64,000 nt of DNA from Amoebidium appalachense (taxonomy: Eukaryota > Protista > Ichthyosporea): the NCBI GenBank assembly GCA_963693365.1, contig CAVNZM010000004.1:6388564-6452563 (forward strand), given 5' to 3'. Position numbers and translations under genes: made by a program. Positions 1 to 22,149 of the stretch are shown one piece after another. The first letter of the stretch is position 1; each line of letters opens with the position of its first letter. Under the pieces are notes generated by a model. It made no database searches, had not been told where the DNA came from, and worked only from the letters and a program-made list of their open reading frames with translations.

Positions 1-119
<119 letters not shown>

Positions 120-213
120 CCCCCCCCTCCCTCCTCCCTCCCCCCCGGTCCATCTATCTCTGTCTCTTTGTGCGTGTGTTTCGCTTGCTACCAATTATCA
201 TGGTGCTTTGCTC

Positions 214-255
<42 letters not shown>

Positions 256-706
256 AAAAAAAAAAAAAAAAAAACTGCTCCGGGCAACCATTTTTCTGCT
301 TCTGTTTTTTCTCGAATTTCAATTACTGCTGATGTACCGTTCCCCTTCTCCATAAGCGACTATGTACTCTGCTTAAAAGGCCCTTGTTTCTGTTTCTGTC
401 ATCCCCGACTCCTTACACCCTGCCTGTGTAAATGGGCCGACAAATAGTAGTTCTTAGCCTCCCCCAACACCCCTTCTTCTTCTAATCCCGCCAAAGAGTT
501 GGGAGGGTAGGGCCAGTGGAAAGGGGGGGAACTTGGGGGAGGGGGGGAGGGGGGAGGGGGAGGGGGTAAGAGAAGAGTCGAGAAAAAGAGATAGAGGGAC
601 AAAGAGAGAGACAGAGACAGAGAGGGACAGAGAGAGGGCGAGAGAGAGGAAAAGAAATCAAGCAAAAAAAAAGGTAATCAAAGACACTGATTATCACCAT
701 GCACAG

Positions 707-10368
<9,662 letters not shown>

Positions 10369-10663
10369 TAAGTGGCTATTTGCCCTCGGGCTTAAGTAGG
10401 CATATTATGGCAAAAATCCGATTTTTCTGAAACCACTATTTTGACTTCGGTATGAACGTTACCAAATATGTTACTGATCCAACACCGATGATTGGTTCGC
10501 TTACTCATAGTGGCAACAAGGTTTTAGGTTTTTTGGCCATGTTGCCAACCTTTTCCTTCCCCTTTCTTCCTCCTTTTTTTGATAAAATTTATTAGTATCT
10601 GGAGATATAATTGTTATGAATATCATTTTCAATGTAGAGGGTAGGGGAGGGGGAAGGGGAGAT

Positions 10664-10698
<35 letters not shown>

Positions 10699-11219
10699 GA
10701 GGGGGGGGGGGGGGGATATTGCATACCCCTGCTCCACGTTTTCTCACTCTTTCGGAGCCTACTGTATTCTTTTGGAGTACATTAGTTATTTTATGACGCT
10801 GGAAGTCAACTGACACCGCATACTTGTTGAATCTATTAGTACGAATGAATGAAAACCAACAGTATATACCATTGGCCAGATCTGATTACATGTCATCATA
10901 ACGGAGTTTTTCCTCAAGTGTAGCCAAATTGCCTCTTTTCCCTCTTTTCTATACATAAAAAAGTTTACAGAACTGTTAAACATTTAAGAATACATGGTAA
11001 TTTTACCTAATCAGGGAAATGGGCATTGCAACCAGCTGCGAGTCGGTCATGTATAGGTATGTATGTTGTACAGGGATTCCCAAGTGAACGTGGCTCTGCA
11101 GCCAAGAAATAAATACTGGCACTGTGTATGTGCAGGTGTCGAATGTCTAAAAAACTTATGCTTGAGTCTGTGCTTGAGCCTGCATTGTGCATTCCCCCCC
11201 CCCCCCCCCCCCCCCCCCC

Positions 11220-11360
11220 CGTTTGGCAAGAGGTCTCAGCAAAATCTATTTTGTTGCTGCCCTTACCCCCCCCCCTCCCCCCCCCCCCCCCCCCCCCTTT
11301 TTTTTTTGTGTGTGTGAATACCTGCCCCACTCCTCCCCTCCCCCCGGAAATGCCTCCCCC

Positions 11361-11391
<31 letters not shown>

Positions 11392-12921
11392 AAAAAAAAA
11401 AAAAAAGACCAACCCAACCTACCCACACACACACCCGCCCACCCCAACCCAACCTTAACCCACGGCCAATACAAACACCACCGCTGCCCCCCACATGTTT
11501 AATTGGCGTATGAACACACACACACTTACACACACACACCCACACACACACACACACCCACACACACACACACACACACCACACTGCGCAGCTGCAGAAA
11601 CACATGCACATACACATAGAGAGGAATTATTGTTACGTACAAATTCATGGCATATGTCATGCACTACATAATGGGCACACCTGCACAATGTCATATTGAT
11701 TCTGTAACATATCACCAGGGGATCGTTTATCACTAGGCTTCCAGTTGCTCCTGGTTTTAGATCAACATTCCCGAATTTCCCATCTTGTAAGGCAATATTT
11801 GCATATTTTCATTATCTGTATTCGGAGACCTAGGGAAGTGTCGAACAGGATAGCCATCCGGTATGCCCTGCGTTAGCGTAGCACTAGTGAACGGGAATGT
11901 TCGAGATATTCGGGATAAACTGGTGGATAGGTTCACGATAGATCCGGATAGATCTAGAGGAGTCTAGAAGATTCTATTGGAGTGTTTTGATTGGTAGTGA
12001 CTAGATCCATAGCGGCGGGTAGACCAATCGGGAATAGTATGTAACATTCCAGTGAGCCAGACCACAAGTATATAAAGGGCCCGGCGGGCCAGTCAATGCA
12101 AGTCAGCAAATAATTCAAGTTTAACAGAGAAACCTCTAAGTTACAGGAAGAATACGATATAATGTACCAAGGCAAGCAGAAGAGGAATTCCGAGTGGGGC
12201 TGAAAGCAGGGGTGGGTGGATGGCGCGCGCATGTGTGTGTGTTTGTGCACGTGTGTGTGTGTGTGTGTACATGTGTGTGCGTGTGTCAGCCCATTAAACA
12301 TGCATATGGCAGTGTGTGTGTGTGTGTGTGTGTGTGGTGATAGCGGCCGTACCGGTCGTGGTGGTGGTGGTGGTGGTGGTGGTGGTGGTGGTGGGGGGGG
12401 GGGGGGGGGGGGGGGGGGGGAGATATCGATCAGCGATAAGTTATGGAGCAAAAAAACAAAGAGGACATGTTTGCCTGTTCCAGGGAAAATAAATCCACGT
12501 GCACCTGCAATGTCATTGAGATTCTAGGAACATATCCTGCAGACAGCGATTTCGAAGTCAATAGTGCATGCATGCGCAGAGCAGTAGCCCACAAGAGCAA
12601 GTTACCAAGTTCACACCATACCTATAATACATGATACTTCTATACAGCGACAACCTGTACATTGAAATCAGTAAAATCTTTTAACACACCATGTTCTTTC
12701 TTCTAATACATATCGCAATCCTCTTGCCACTCTAAATTTCATGCTGACGCGTACGTACTAGTCTCCGTTGGCGGGAGGCCTCAGCAAAACTATTGATTTC
12801 TGTCTTTTGTTGGCCACCCCCCCCCCCCCCTCCCCCCACCCCCCACCCCCCCACCCCCCCCGTCTCCCTTTTTGGTGCGAATACCTGCCCCACTCCTCCC
12901 CTCCCCCTGGAAATGAACCCC

Positions 12922-12925
<4 letters not shown>
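11220..12925 (+). repeat. Two diverged copies of a small dispersed repeat (about 11220-11352 and 12767-12916)
   Basis: Both share TTGGC..GAGG.CTCAGCAAAA.CTATT and GAATACCTGCCCCACTCCTCCCCTCCCCC.GGAAATG, separated by poly-C. Confidence 0.6.
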
Positions 12926-12952
<27 letters not shown>

Positions 12953-13766
12953 CCCCCCACCCCCCGCCCCCACCCCCCCCCCCCCCCTCCCCCCTCTCAC
13001 CCACCTATCCTGTCACATCATCCCCCCTCCCCCTGTTGCAGGCCAAAGTGTCGTCCAGGCCAAAGTGTCGTCACCTCTAATTAAAATCCAGGACGTCAAA
13101 TTTGGCTGGTCTAGGGGGAATATCGGGCAGGCCAAAATGCACCCCCCCCCCCCCCCCCCCCCTACTACCCTGGGTGACGGGGGGGTCAGAGGGTTTGTGT
13201 GTGGTGGGAGAAACACAGTGTGGGCGGGGGGGGGGGGGGGGGGGGGAGGGGGGTATAAAAAATCATTGTCTTAACCTTCCCCCCCCCCCCCCCCTAGTAT
13301 CCCGGAAACAGGGAGTGAGTGCAGGGGTGCAGGGGGGTCAGGGTGTGTACTATATGTGGTTGGAGAAACACAGCGTGTGCACGGACCTGCACGGTCTGGC
13401 CTAGATGGCAAATTTCTCTCCCCCCCCCCCCCCCTCCCCCTCCCCCCCCCCCCCAGGGAAACAGGGTTGCAAATATAAGGTTTACGCTGTATTTTATGGA
13501 CCAGGTGTGTGTGTATCATTCCACACACACACACACACATCAGTGTAAGCGCATCCAGGCACGACATTATCATACTCTTTGACAGTGTATAGACTTAGTG
13601 TCCAATCATGCTATTTTATTGTGTGTGTGTGCACTGCACACACACTTCAATGTGTCAAACTAAATCACACCCAGACTTGTTGTTGTCTCGTGTGTGTGTG
13701 CACTGCACACGCACTTCTTAACGTGTTGAAATATACTACACAAACAAACTTATACACACATACACA

Positions 13767-13961
13767 GGGGTTTACGCTGTTTACTCGAGGCAAAGAGAAC
13801 CAGTCTCAGGTATGGGGGGGGGGGTTTTGCTCGGAATATCCCCTCAGCGGTATATCATGATCACGTACATAGATGTCGGGTGGTGACTATATATCAGGGT
13901 TTACTTTCTCTACGAGACACCATAAAGACTACAAGGAGAAATCAATTAGTTGGGGTTCCCC

Positions 13962-14006
<45 letters not shown>

Positions 14007-14258
14007 GGGCTCCCCTCGGGACACTCGGTATCAGCTGGTTGTGTGTGTGTGTGTGTGTGTGTGTGTTTGTGTGTGTGTGTGCGCGTGCGCTATAATTTTG
14101 TAGTGATGTGTTTCTCAAGCCAATCAATACATCTAATAAACAGGTCGTAGTTACGCGTGTTTAGTATAAAATCAAGGATGTTGTAATTTACAGGTAGGCT
14201 ATCTTTCTGGGTGTCTGTTGTGAATGTGACGTGTGTGTGTTGCGGTATTATGTGGTCT
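13767..14258 (-). mobile_element. Short 5'-truncated copy of the LINE at 60018-63187, inside the TIR element
   Basis: Nearly identical to 60018-60611: same C-terminal peptide DHIIPQHTHV...DWLEKHITTKL*, (CA)n, A tract and 190-bp tail. Confidence 0.92.
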
Positions 14259-14364
14259 TGAAGAGCGAGCAAAGGTTTTGGGGGAAAAAAAAACTAAACA
14301 CCTGTCTTTACCATACCCGTTATAGATACCAATTACTTTTACCATTTACATTTAAGGTGTTCGA

Positions 14365-17300
14365 TTATTTTCTACCTCGGCCCCTGCCCTTTCCCCTGCT
14401 GCCACCGGAAGCGCCGCAACGGAGCTTCACTGGCTCTCTTGTGACAGAATTGGTCACCTCCGTTTTGGACTTTTTCTGCGTGTGTGCATCCTCGTCCCTT
14501 ACTTCCCCATTCCGTTTGCCGTCACCAGCTTCCTTATTTGGATCTGACGGGGATGTAACGGGGATATGCACAGGCGGGGCGGCCATGGCATCCAACATGT
14601 CATGCGCAGCTGAGGCATTCTCCTCTCCGGTCTCTTGTGTGTCTGGGGGGGGCTGGACAACAGGGACATCCCGTGTTCCCTCCACCAACACAACACACGA
14701 CTCCACCTTGGGCAACCCAGCAATAACAGCGCGAGCGGCCCTGTTGAAGAACTCCTTGGTGGTTTGGTCTGGAAAGCAAAACAAAGTTAGTCACTGTCAT
14801 GGGTGAAGCACATATGAAAAATGTTATCCACAATGAAAACCTAAATGTGGTTTAGTTTTTCTTGTTACGTGCCCCGAAATGTCAAGTAATACATGGAAAT
14901 TACACCCAGTTTCAAAGCTCCTGGTAGGGGTCACGTACCCTGTTGCCAGCCAAAGAACACTGCGAAACGTCCATTCTGACGCGGTAGCACGACATGGTCC
15001 CCTGAGTGTGTCGAGAGCAGAGACAAAATAGACGTCAAAGTCCTTACAGCTCCATTTTCGTGGGACTTGGCCTTTATGGTTGTGGTAATTGGTGAACCAC
15101 ACTCGTGCACAGCCAAGGCAAGTGCATGCGAAACCATCGCAAACAACAAAACACCGTGTTCCTCGTCGCCAGTGGGGCCTTTTGCCCACCACGTCCATGG
15201 GAAGCTAATCACACCACGCCGGTCTTGGAAATGCTCCGTCACCTGATACAAACATGGCATAGCGGTTAGCATATGCATATGATGTGCCATAAAGAAAAAA
15301 ATAAACCTACGCACCTGGAATGCCATCAACAAGCACAACTTGCGGAGGCCGTACTAGAGCACACCGTGACATGATTAGTGCATGAAAATCAGTGCAATGC
15401 AATGCTTACATAATATTTGACGCTATCCATCGTCATTATGGATTCCGGTCCCCCCCCCCCCCCCCTCCCCCCCCCCAACCCCAAAAAAAACATTCCCTTC
15501 CTTCCACCCTAAAACATGCAACTCACCAGCTTGCCCATGATCTTCACAACGTATGGGCCCTCCTGCGGCGTCACCGAAAACAGTAGGGGGGTTGTGCTGT
15601 TGGCGTCAATGTGCAGCGCACTGAGCAGCTCCACAAGGTGTGCAACACACGTGTCTGCATCCAGCACCGCCTCGCCATGTGCATTTGTCTTGCTGCCCAT
15701 GCTCGGCAGGCCCAGCAGAAGCACGTGGGGCGGGGAGGCATTGGCGTCGGCAGCGTATGACCCTACCAACACTTCTCTGCCGTTGTCTTCCACCACGGCC
15801 AACCCCAACTGTGAATCGTAATATATGATCACTACACAAACACACACATACATAATGCAGCATAGTGTCAAAACCCGGTATTCTCATTATACATCAGACC
15901 ACCATCCACGAAACAGCTTGTTCAAACACCCAAACATTTGTCCTGAGGAAACAAACCATGTGTGCATAAATTGAAAGACACAGACAATGTGCATCATGCA
16001 CTCACCGGGGCTGATGCTGCCAGCATGCCTTGAAAAGTGTCTTTCTTGGGGGCAGATGGTGCACTGTCATCCACCGCCATACCCTCCTCCCGCTCTTTCT
16101 CTCCTCCAGCCTCCTGTTCTGCGTCACCTCCAACATCATCATCCTCTTCCGAGTCCTTGTCGTGGCGGGATTCCTCCTGTGCTTGTGTCTCCTCCATTGC
16201 GCTATCCTCCGAGTCATCACTCGCATCACTCACGACATGTTCAGCAATCGACAGCTTAGCGGCGGGCTTTCTGGAATGTGACCTGGACTCGTTTGCTGAT
16301 TTCTTGGGTGTGGGTTGTGGGTCCGGTACGGGACTGTCCGCTACGGGACTGTCCGCTACTTTTTTCTTTGCGTCGCTGAACCCAGTAAGGGTCACAATGA
16401 AGTCCACGAATCCAGACATTGTGCGACCCTGCGAGATAATGTTGTTAGATGGGCTACAAGATATCAATGAATGTGATATGCTGCTTTTGTTTTTTTGGTT
16501 TGTATGTTTTGGGCTGGAGGTGGGTGGGTAGGATAGACTCTTTCAACCTCCTAACATGATAGACCTGTGTCAGAAAATCAAGGGATCTGCATCAATGTAG
16601 ACACTTTTTTTTTTTCGTTCCTTAACATCCTATATTATACCCACGGAATGGCTACCGGTTTAAGTTTTCAACACATCGCATAGCCGTTTTTTGATACGGA
16701 CGTTTACAAGTTTCTTTAAAGTGTGATAATTTACACTAGTGTTATGTAAGCTTACCTTCTTCGAGTCGGCATCTGCAGTGTCGTCGCCGTCATCCCCCTC
16801 CGTCAACAAATACAGGAGTGCTTTGCACACCCAATGGTCCTGCTTTGGTTTGTAGCCCGCTGCTGTAATTTTACTCCAGAACTGCTGAAGAGTAACCAAA
16901 TACGTGAACTTGACAGACATGGGATCCGAGCAGAGCGTGTACTTCTGCATGAGGTAATCGAAAGCAGTGGTGCAGTCGATGCCGGGAGAGGTGTGCAACA
17001 TGTCTTGAATGGCCCTGCAATGAAAAGTATGAGATACAACACCAATATATGTTTGTGTGTGTATGTGTGAGTATTTGTGATTGTGTGCGTGAGTTGTGTA
17101 TGTGTGGGCACTGGAAATGTGTATATCAGGTTGCAATGTGTATATGCGAAAGTAACAACTCTCAAAGGCTGAGCCATAAAACTTGATAGATGCACAAAGC
17201 AGACAGTTGTGAAACTAGGCAAAAAGCGTGGCGCCGGCAAACAGATGGATGACTATAAAGATGACCGGCAAACATCAGATGTTGCACAAGAACAAAAAAG

Positions 17301-17990
17301 GTTACAAGTGAGGTCCGACCGAGGGGGGATGGTGCGTTTTCAGCCAATAAATGACACAAATAGTCATGTTTAAATGTTGCCGGTTTTTCAATGAACGTTG
17401 GGTATCCAATCAATTATATGAATAAATCCAATTCATCTATTTTGAATTTTTGATCTATGAGCATGATGGTGTTCTCAGCTAGGGGCATGCCGGTATGTGC
17501 CAACAGCATAGTAGCAGTGACACGATAGAGAACACATTGCAAGCACACCGTGATGGCAAAAAAGGGTAGAATCGGGGGGAGGGGGGTTTGCATGCGGTTA
17601 CAACACACAGGGAGATGTCATGTGACGGGTTTGTAGGGGATACTCACAGAAAACGTTTCACTTGTTCCTTGGCATTCTCAAACGCCTTGCGGCGACCGAC
17701 GGCATCCACGGACTCGGCAGATGCGGTGGTGGTGAGTTTTAGGCCAAGCAAGTCAACACCAGCGGCTACATACATTTCCGTCAACAGAGTGGCACCGGCC
17801 CGAAGATAAACATACGGCCGATCGAAGATGATGGTCTTCTTGCATTCTTTGATGGTAAGGTATCTGGAGCCCGCCGTGTGTAGTTCCTTACGTTTGGACT
17901 CGATACTCCAAACAGACATGCACCAGACATGAAAAGCAACAACCTTATCAACCACGCTCACGGGGCGGGCAAGGGTAGCGATGTTGCAAC
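14365..17990 (-). CDS. Spliced cargo gene of the TIR element (about 680 aa or more); C-terminal half resembles a degenerate beta-class N4C/N6A DNA methyltransferase fold; 5' end unresolved
   Basis: GT-AG exons in consistent phase: 17990-17648, 17014-16756, 16428-16006, 15808-15527, 15353-15315, 15242-14939, 14768-14365 (TAA). Acidic low-complexity linker in the third exon and a basic GRGRGRK tail. The MTase resemblance is a by-eye motif alignment only. Confidence 0.65.
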
Positions 17991-18267
17991 CTGCAAAGGG
18001 AACCCTTTAGAATTTAAGAACGATGGCATTGCACGAAAATTACATGTACTATATTCTCCAACAAGGTGTGTCCACCTTAAGATGTGTAGGAAAACACAAT
18101 ATGTAACAGAAAATGCTTAAGGGGGACAACTTTTTGTATGGAATTGTACGTAAATTTAACACAATTAAGGGTGAGACAGAGAAAGAGTGTATGTGGGTGA
18201 CAAGTTCTGAGAGACGAGAGAGAGCCTCGGGAGGGGGGGGGTATAGAGAGACGAGATCATAGAGCCT

Positions 18268-18303
<36 letters not shown>

Positions 18304-18312
18304 GAGAGGGGG

Positions 18313-18366
<54 letters not shown>

Positions 18367-19497
18367 GTGAGAGAGAGAGAGAGAGATTTGAATAAATAAT
18401 TGATTCAAAATTGTTGATATTATGGGTGCCAACATGCCATTATCGTTTGAACTGGAATGAAGGACATAATGCCTGCTCGAATTTAAATACACAATGAGTG
18501 TGCTGGTTGCATGCTGTCTGGATTTATTTCACGTAGGTGTATAAGTATGAGGTCAAGATTGAAAGTTATGCATAGAAGATATTTACGAATATAACATTGA
18601 ATCATGCTGCTGTGTATGGTCCTTCAACGTAGTGACAACTAAAACATGCAAAATATATATGCTGACCGCCGGCGGCGGGGTTTTATTCCATGTGAGCGGT
18701 ACTTAGTCTATGTGAACCCAATTTAACATTGTGACGTAAGAATGATTAAGAATACAAGATGATTACGACTATATTATAATGGTGTATTATGGATTCTGTA
18801 ACGTGTAAATGCAATGGCGATAAATACATACAAACCACATGATACTACACCATTTGCAACGAGTTGGTAAAATCCTGCTGTCAGTGGCCATGATTTCTTT
18901 TCGACCAACACACAAAGCTACAAGCTCAGGACACTTTAATGATTATACCACAACCCCCCCCCCCCCCCCTGGTCCCCCCCCCCCCCCCCCCCCCCCGAAC
19001 ACATCATTTGCACAAAGAGCGTAAAAAACTGGTAACAGTAGACATGGTTTTTTCCCCAACACATGTCATAAGCCAATAGGCACGACAATGATTGTTTATT
19101 ACGCACACACAGTTTCTCCCACCACGTCATACAAACCCACTGACCCCCCCCATGTCACCCAGGGTAGTAGGGGGGGAGGGGGGAGGGGGGGGGGAGGGGA
19201 GGGGGGGGGGTGCATTTTGGCCTGCCCGATATTCCCCCTAGACCAGCCAAATTTGACGTCCTGGATTTTAATTAGAGGTGACGACACTTTGGCCTGGACG
19301 ACACTTTGGCCTGCAACACCCCCCCCCCCCCCCCCCTTTCCCCCCCCCCCCCCCCTTTTCCTTCTTCGCCCTTCCTCCACCCTCCGGATCCCCTCCTCCC
19401 ACACACACCTGCCTATCCCCCCCCCCCCACCACCACCACCACCACCACCACCACCACCACCACGCCACACACACACACACCTCCCTCCCTCCCTCGA

Positions 19498-19528
<31 letters not shown>

Positions 19529-19571
19529 ACCCACCCACCCACCCACCACCACCCACCACCACCTGACACAC

Positions 19572-20329
19572 AAATAAATAAATAAATAAATAAATAAATA
19601 AATATATATATATACAGGCGCACACATGTACACACCTCCCCTTCCATCCGTGTACCCCCCCCCCCCCCCCCCCCACCACCACCACCACCACCACCACCTC
19701 CCCCTTCCCCTCCCCTCCCTCCCTTTCCTCTGTCCCCATCCCTCAAAGACATCCCAAACTGTGGTAACGCTCCTTCTCCACAAGGCTTTACAAAACACGC
19801 AAGGGATTACCTTGAAGCTGCACGAGATATATTTAATAAGTTTCTTATTTATTTACATGGCAGTCACTGTAGAGTTAACAATATAACATACGTATTCTTC
19901 GTTCGGAAATCTAAAAACTACAAGTCGGTACAGCTAGCCACCAACTACTGGTAAATAAATAAATAAATATATATATAAATATATACACGGGCGCACACAT
20001 GTACACACCTCCCCTTCCATCCGTGTACCCCCCCCCCCCCCCCCCCCCCCCCCCCCACCACCACCACCACCACCTCCCCTTCTCCTCCCCTCCCTCCCTT
20101 TCCTCTGTCCCCATCCCTCAAAGACATCCCAAACTGTGGTAACGCTCCTTCTCCACAAGGCTTTACAAAACACGCAAGGGATTACCTTGAAGCTGCACGA
20201 GATATATTTAATAAGTTTCTTATTTATTTACATGGCAGTCACTGTAGAGTTAACAATATAACATACGTATTCTTCGTTCGGAAATCTAAAAACTACAAGT
20301 CGGTACAGCTAGCCACCAACTACTGGTAA
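19572..20329. repeat. About 380-bp tandem duplication
   Basis: 19572-19954 is repeated at 19952-20329, near-identical outside the simple repeats; the junction overlaps at TAA. Confidence 0.9.
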
Positions 20330-20425
20330 GCTGCCAGTTCTCCCCATACATACAAATAAGGGAAGTTTGCATGTTGCGCAAACATGCACGGCCTTAACAT
20401 TTAAATCTTCCATCCCCAACATGGT

Positions 20426-21456
20426 TCATGGGGAGGCAGTGGCTGAACTGTCTTGCTCCTCTACCCTTTCGTTTGCAAGCATGCTTATTAGGCTACTTGG
20501 AGAAAGATACAAATATTTCAACCTATCAACTAACTGTTTCAACTCTCTCCTTTCTCTTTTTCATTCCGCCCTCTCCTTTTCCAGATACCTCACCTTGCCC
20601 TCCATGATCTTAATATACTCGCGCAGCTTTGCATTTTTGCTCTGGTATTGGGTCATACGTGCTCTCATCCCCAAGAACGACTCCTCTATATCACTAACCC
20701 CTCCCTCCTCGTTTGCCCCTCCCCTCTACTCCAAAACTCGTGCTGTGCACGTGTTTTCGCACGCGTCGTCCGTTCTGATGGTTCATGTTCGTGTTCATGG
20801 TCATGTTCTTGTCCCTGCTCATCACTGCTCGACCCAACGTCCGAGTCCGGAGCAGACCTTTCTCTCGGCGAGGGAGCATGTTCCGGCTCCTCCGCCATGT
20901 CCGGGCCCACGTTTTCCGGTTGCCTTTCGAGATGTTTCTTCTGATAGATGGGATCACGCTCCTTGGGAAGTGGCCTACAGTTTGTATTTGTACAGTCCTC
21001 CTTCTTGTTCCGTCTCACTTTATGCAGCATTAAATCTGCCAGGTCGAAATGCTCGTGGCACAACCGTACATCGCCAAACAATTTAGCGGGATATTCAGCG
21101 GGTGGGTGTCCTCGGTTTCCTGATCCCTGTGAGTGGTCGACTGAATCCTTATCGTTTTCACCTTGTAATCTGTCTGTTCTTTCACCTTCTTCTTCCGTTA
21201 AAGTCTCCCTTGGTAGATTAACAAGCGCATCAGCCTGCTCGTTCTCTTTCCTTGCCTCTTCTTCTTCACATTCATATTCTGCTATAACAGTTGCTGCTTT
21301 CTCCTTTTCTACAATATCTTCACGCTCTACTATTCTTAACCATTGCCATCTAATCTCCAGTGATTCCTTGTTTGCCCTACTGCACGGTACCCTGACCATG
21401 GGGTAGCCCTTGGCTCGCCGTGCTGTGCACCACTTCGCTGAACAACCACCCGCCAT
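20426..21456 (-). pseudogene. THAP zinc-finger + coiled-coil protein, disrupted (probably DNA-transposon derived)
   Basis: MAGGCSAKWC...RVP...RWQWLRIV...VRLCHEHF is the C2CH THAP signature. A frameshift near 20700-20740 leads into a heptad-rich region (LREYIKIMEGKVRYLEKERAE*KRERRELKQLVDRLK), with an internal TGA at 20561-20563 and a final TGA at 20426. Intronless. Confidence 0.7.
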
Positions 21457-21666
21457 CTTCGCAATAATCACTATATTATTAATCACTATTAGAGTATCAT
21501 TAATATGCGTGCCATGTATTCTTTTCTATTTTCAATCGCTTTTTTTTTTCTCCCCTGCTACCCTCTAGTCTTCTATAGCTAGCCGGGTGCCTCTGCTACC
21601 CTAAAACAGTGGTTTGAAGTTTGAACGACGAGCTTTGACGTTTACGACGTACGTTTTTCTGTTTTG

Positions 21667-21710
21667 GTCATGTGACCTTTGACGGGCCATACCAATCTTG
21701 GCGCCAAAAA
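21667..21710. promoter_or_regulatory. Palindromic E-box-like (GGTCATGTGACC) and E2F-like (TTGGCGCCAA) motifs upstream of the THAP ORF
   Basis: Motifs read directly about 210-250 bp upstream of the ATG at 21456; function is inferred only. Confidence 0.3.
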
Positions 21711-22149
21711 GCCTGTGCGCATTACTGGCCACCCTTTCTTCTCTGTGCTCGCTTTCAGACCTTCGCTCTTCGTTTATCAACCAGAGTAAGCGGCTACATC
21801 TGACATCTGCATGTTTTTAGTTCCTCTAGGCAGGTTCCTTGGGGGGTGTTTTTTTTGTTATCGAAGATGTGCCGTGGCCCGCCACTGTGCAAATGGCCAG
21901 CAGCTGAAAGTTCCCGGCGAGCGCCTGCCAGCGACCCGGGGCCGGCAGGCACGGATCAGATAGAATTCGGATTCGCGAGATTGATGGCTTTTTATTATTA
22001 TTGGTAAGATGTACGAAACGTTTCTTCTTAGACCTACAAGCTGTAGAAGGATTTGGTTTCTCTGGAAAAAGCAAAAAAAAAAAAAAAAAAAAAAAAAACG
22101 CAAGAACCCTTCTATAGCTGATGTAACCGTTACACTACACTACTGTAAC

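Larger units (their letters stand above)
13034..19318. mobile_element. 6.3-kb DNA transposon-like element with long TIRs and TGTT...AACA termini; no transposase recognised
   Basis: Left TIR from 13034 (TGTTGCAGGCCAAAGTGTCGTCCAGGCCAAAGTGTCGTCACC...) is the reverse complement of the right end at 19318. The match is essentially exact for about 108 bp and imperfect out to about 13214/19112. Each TIR has a tandem 17-bp unit CAGGCCAAAGTGTCGTC. C runs on both flanks are compatible with a 4-5 bp C TSD. Confidence 0.88.

Noticed and set aside
11700-12200. Complex-sequence stretch that looks coding
   Set aside because: The frames I translated are interrupted and no recognisable motif was found; at most an unidentifiable remnant.
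17300-17480. Extra exon (AENTIMLIDQKF...*LIGYPTF...) in the TIR cargo gene
   Set aside because: Contains an in-frame TAA and does not match the flanking phases, while the exons on either side join in phase without it; left unresolved.
21865-21960. HDV-like ribozyme in a GC-rich hairpin (GCCTGCC...GGCAGGC)
   Set aside because: Only simple stems were found; the nested double pseudoknot could not be built.
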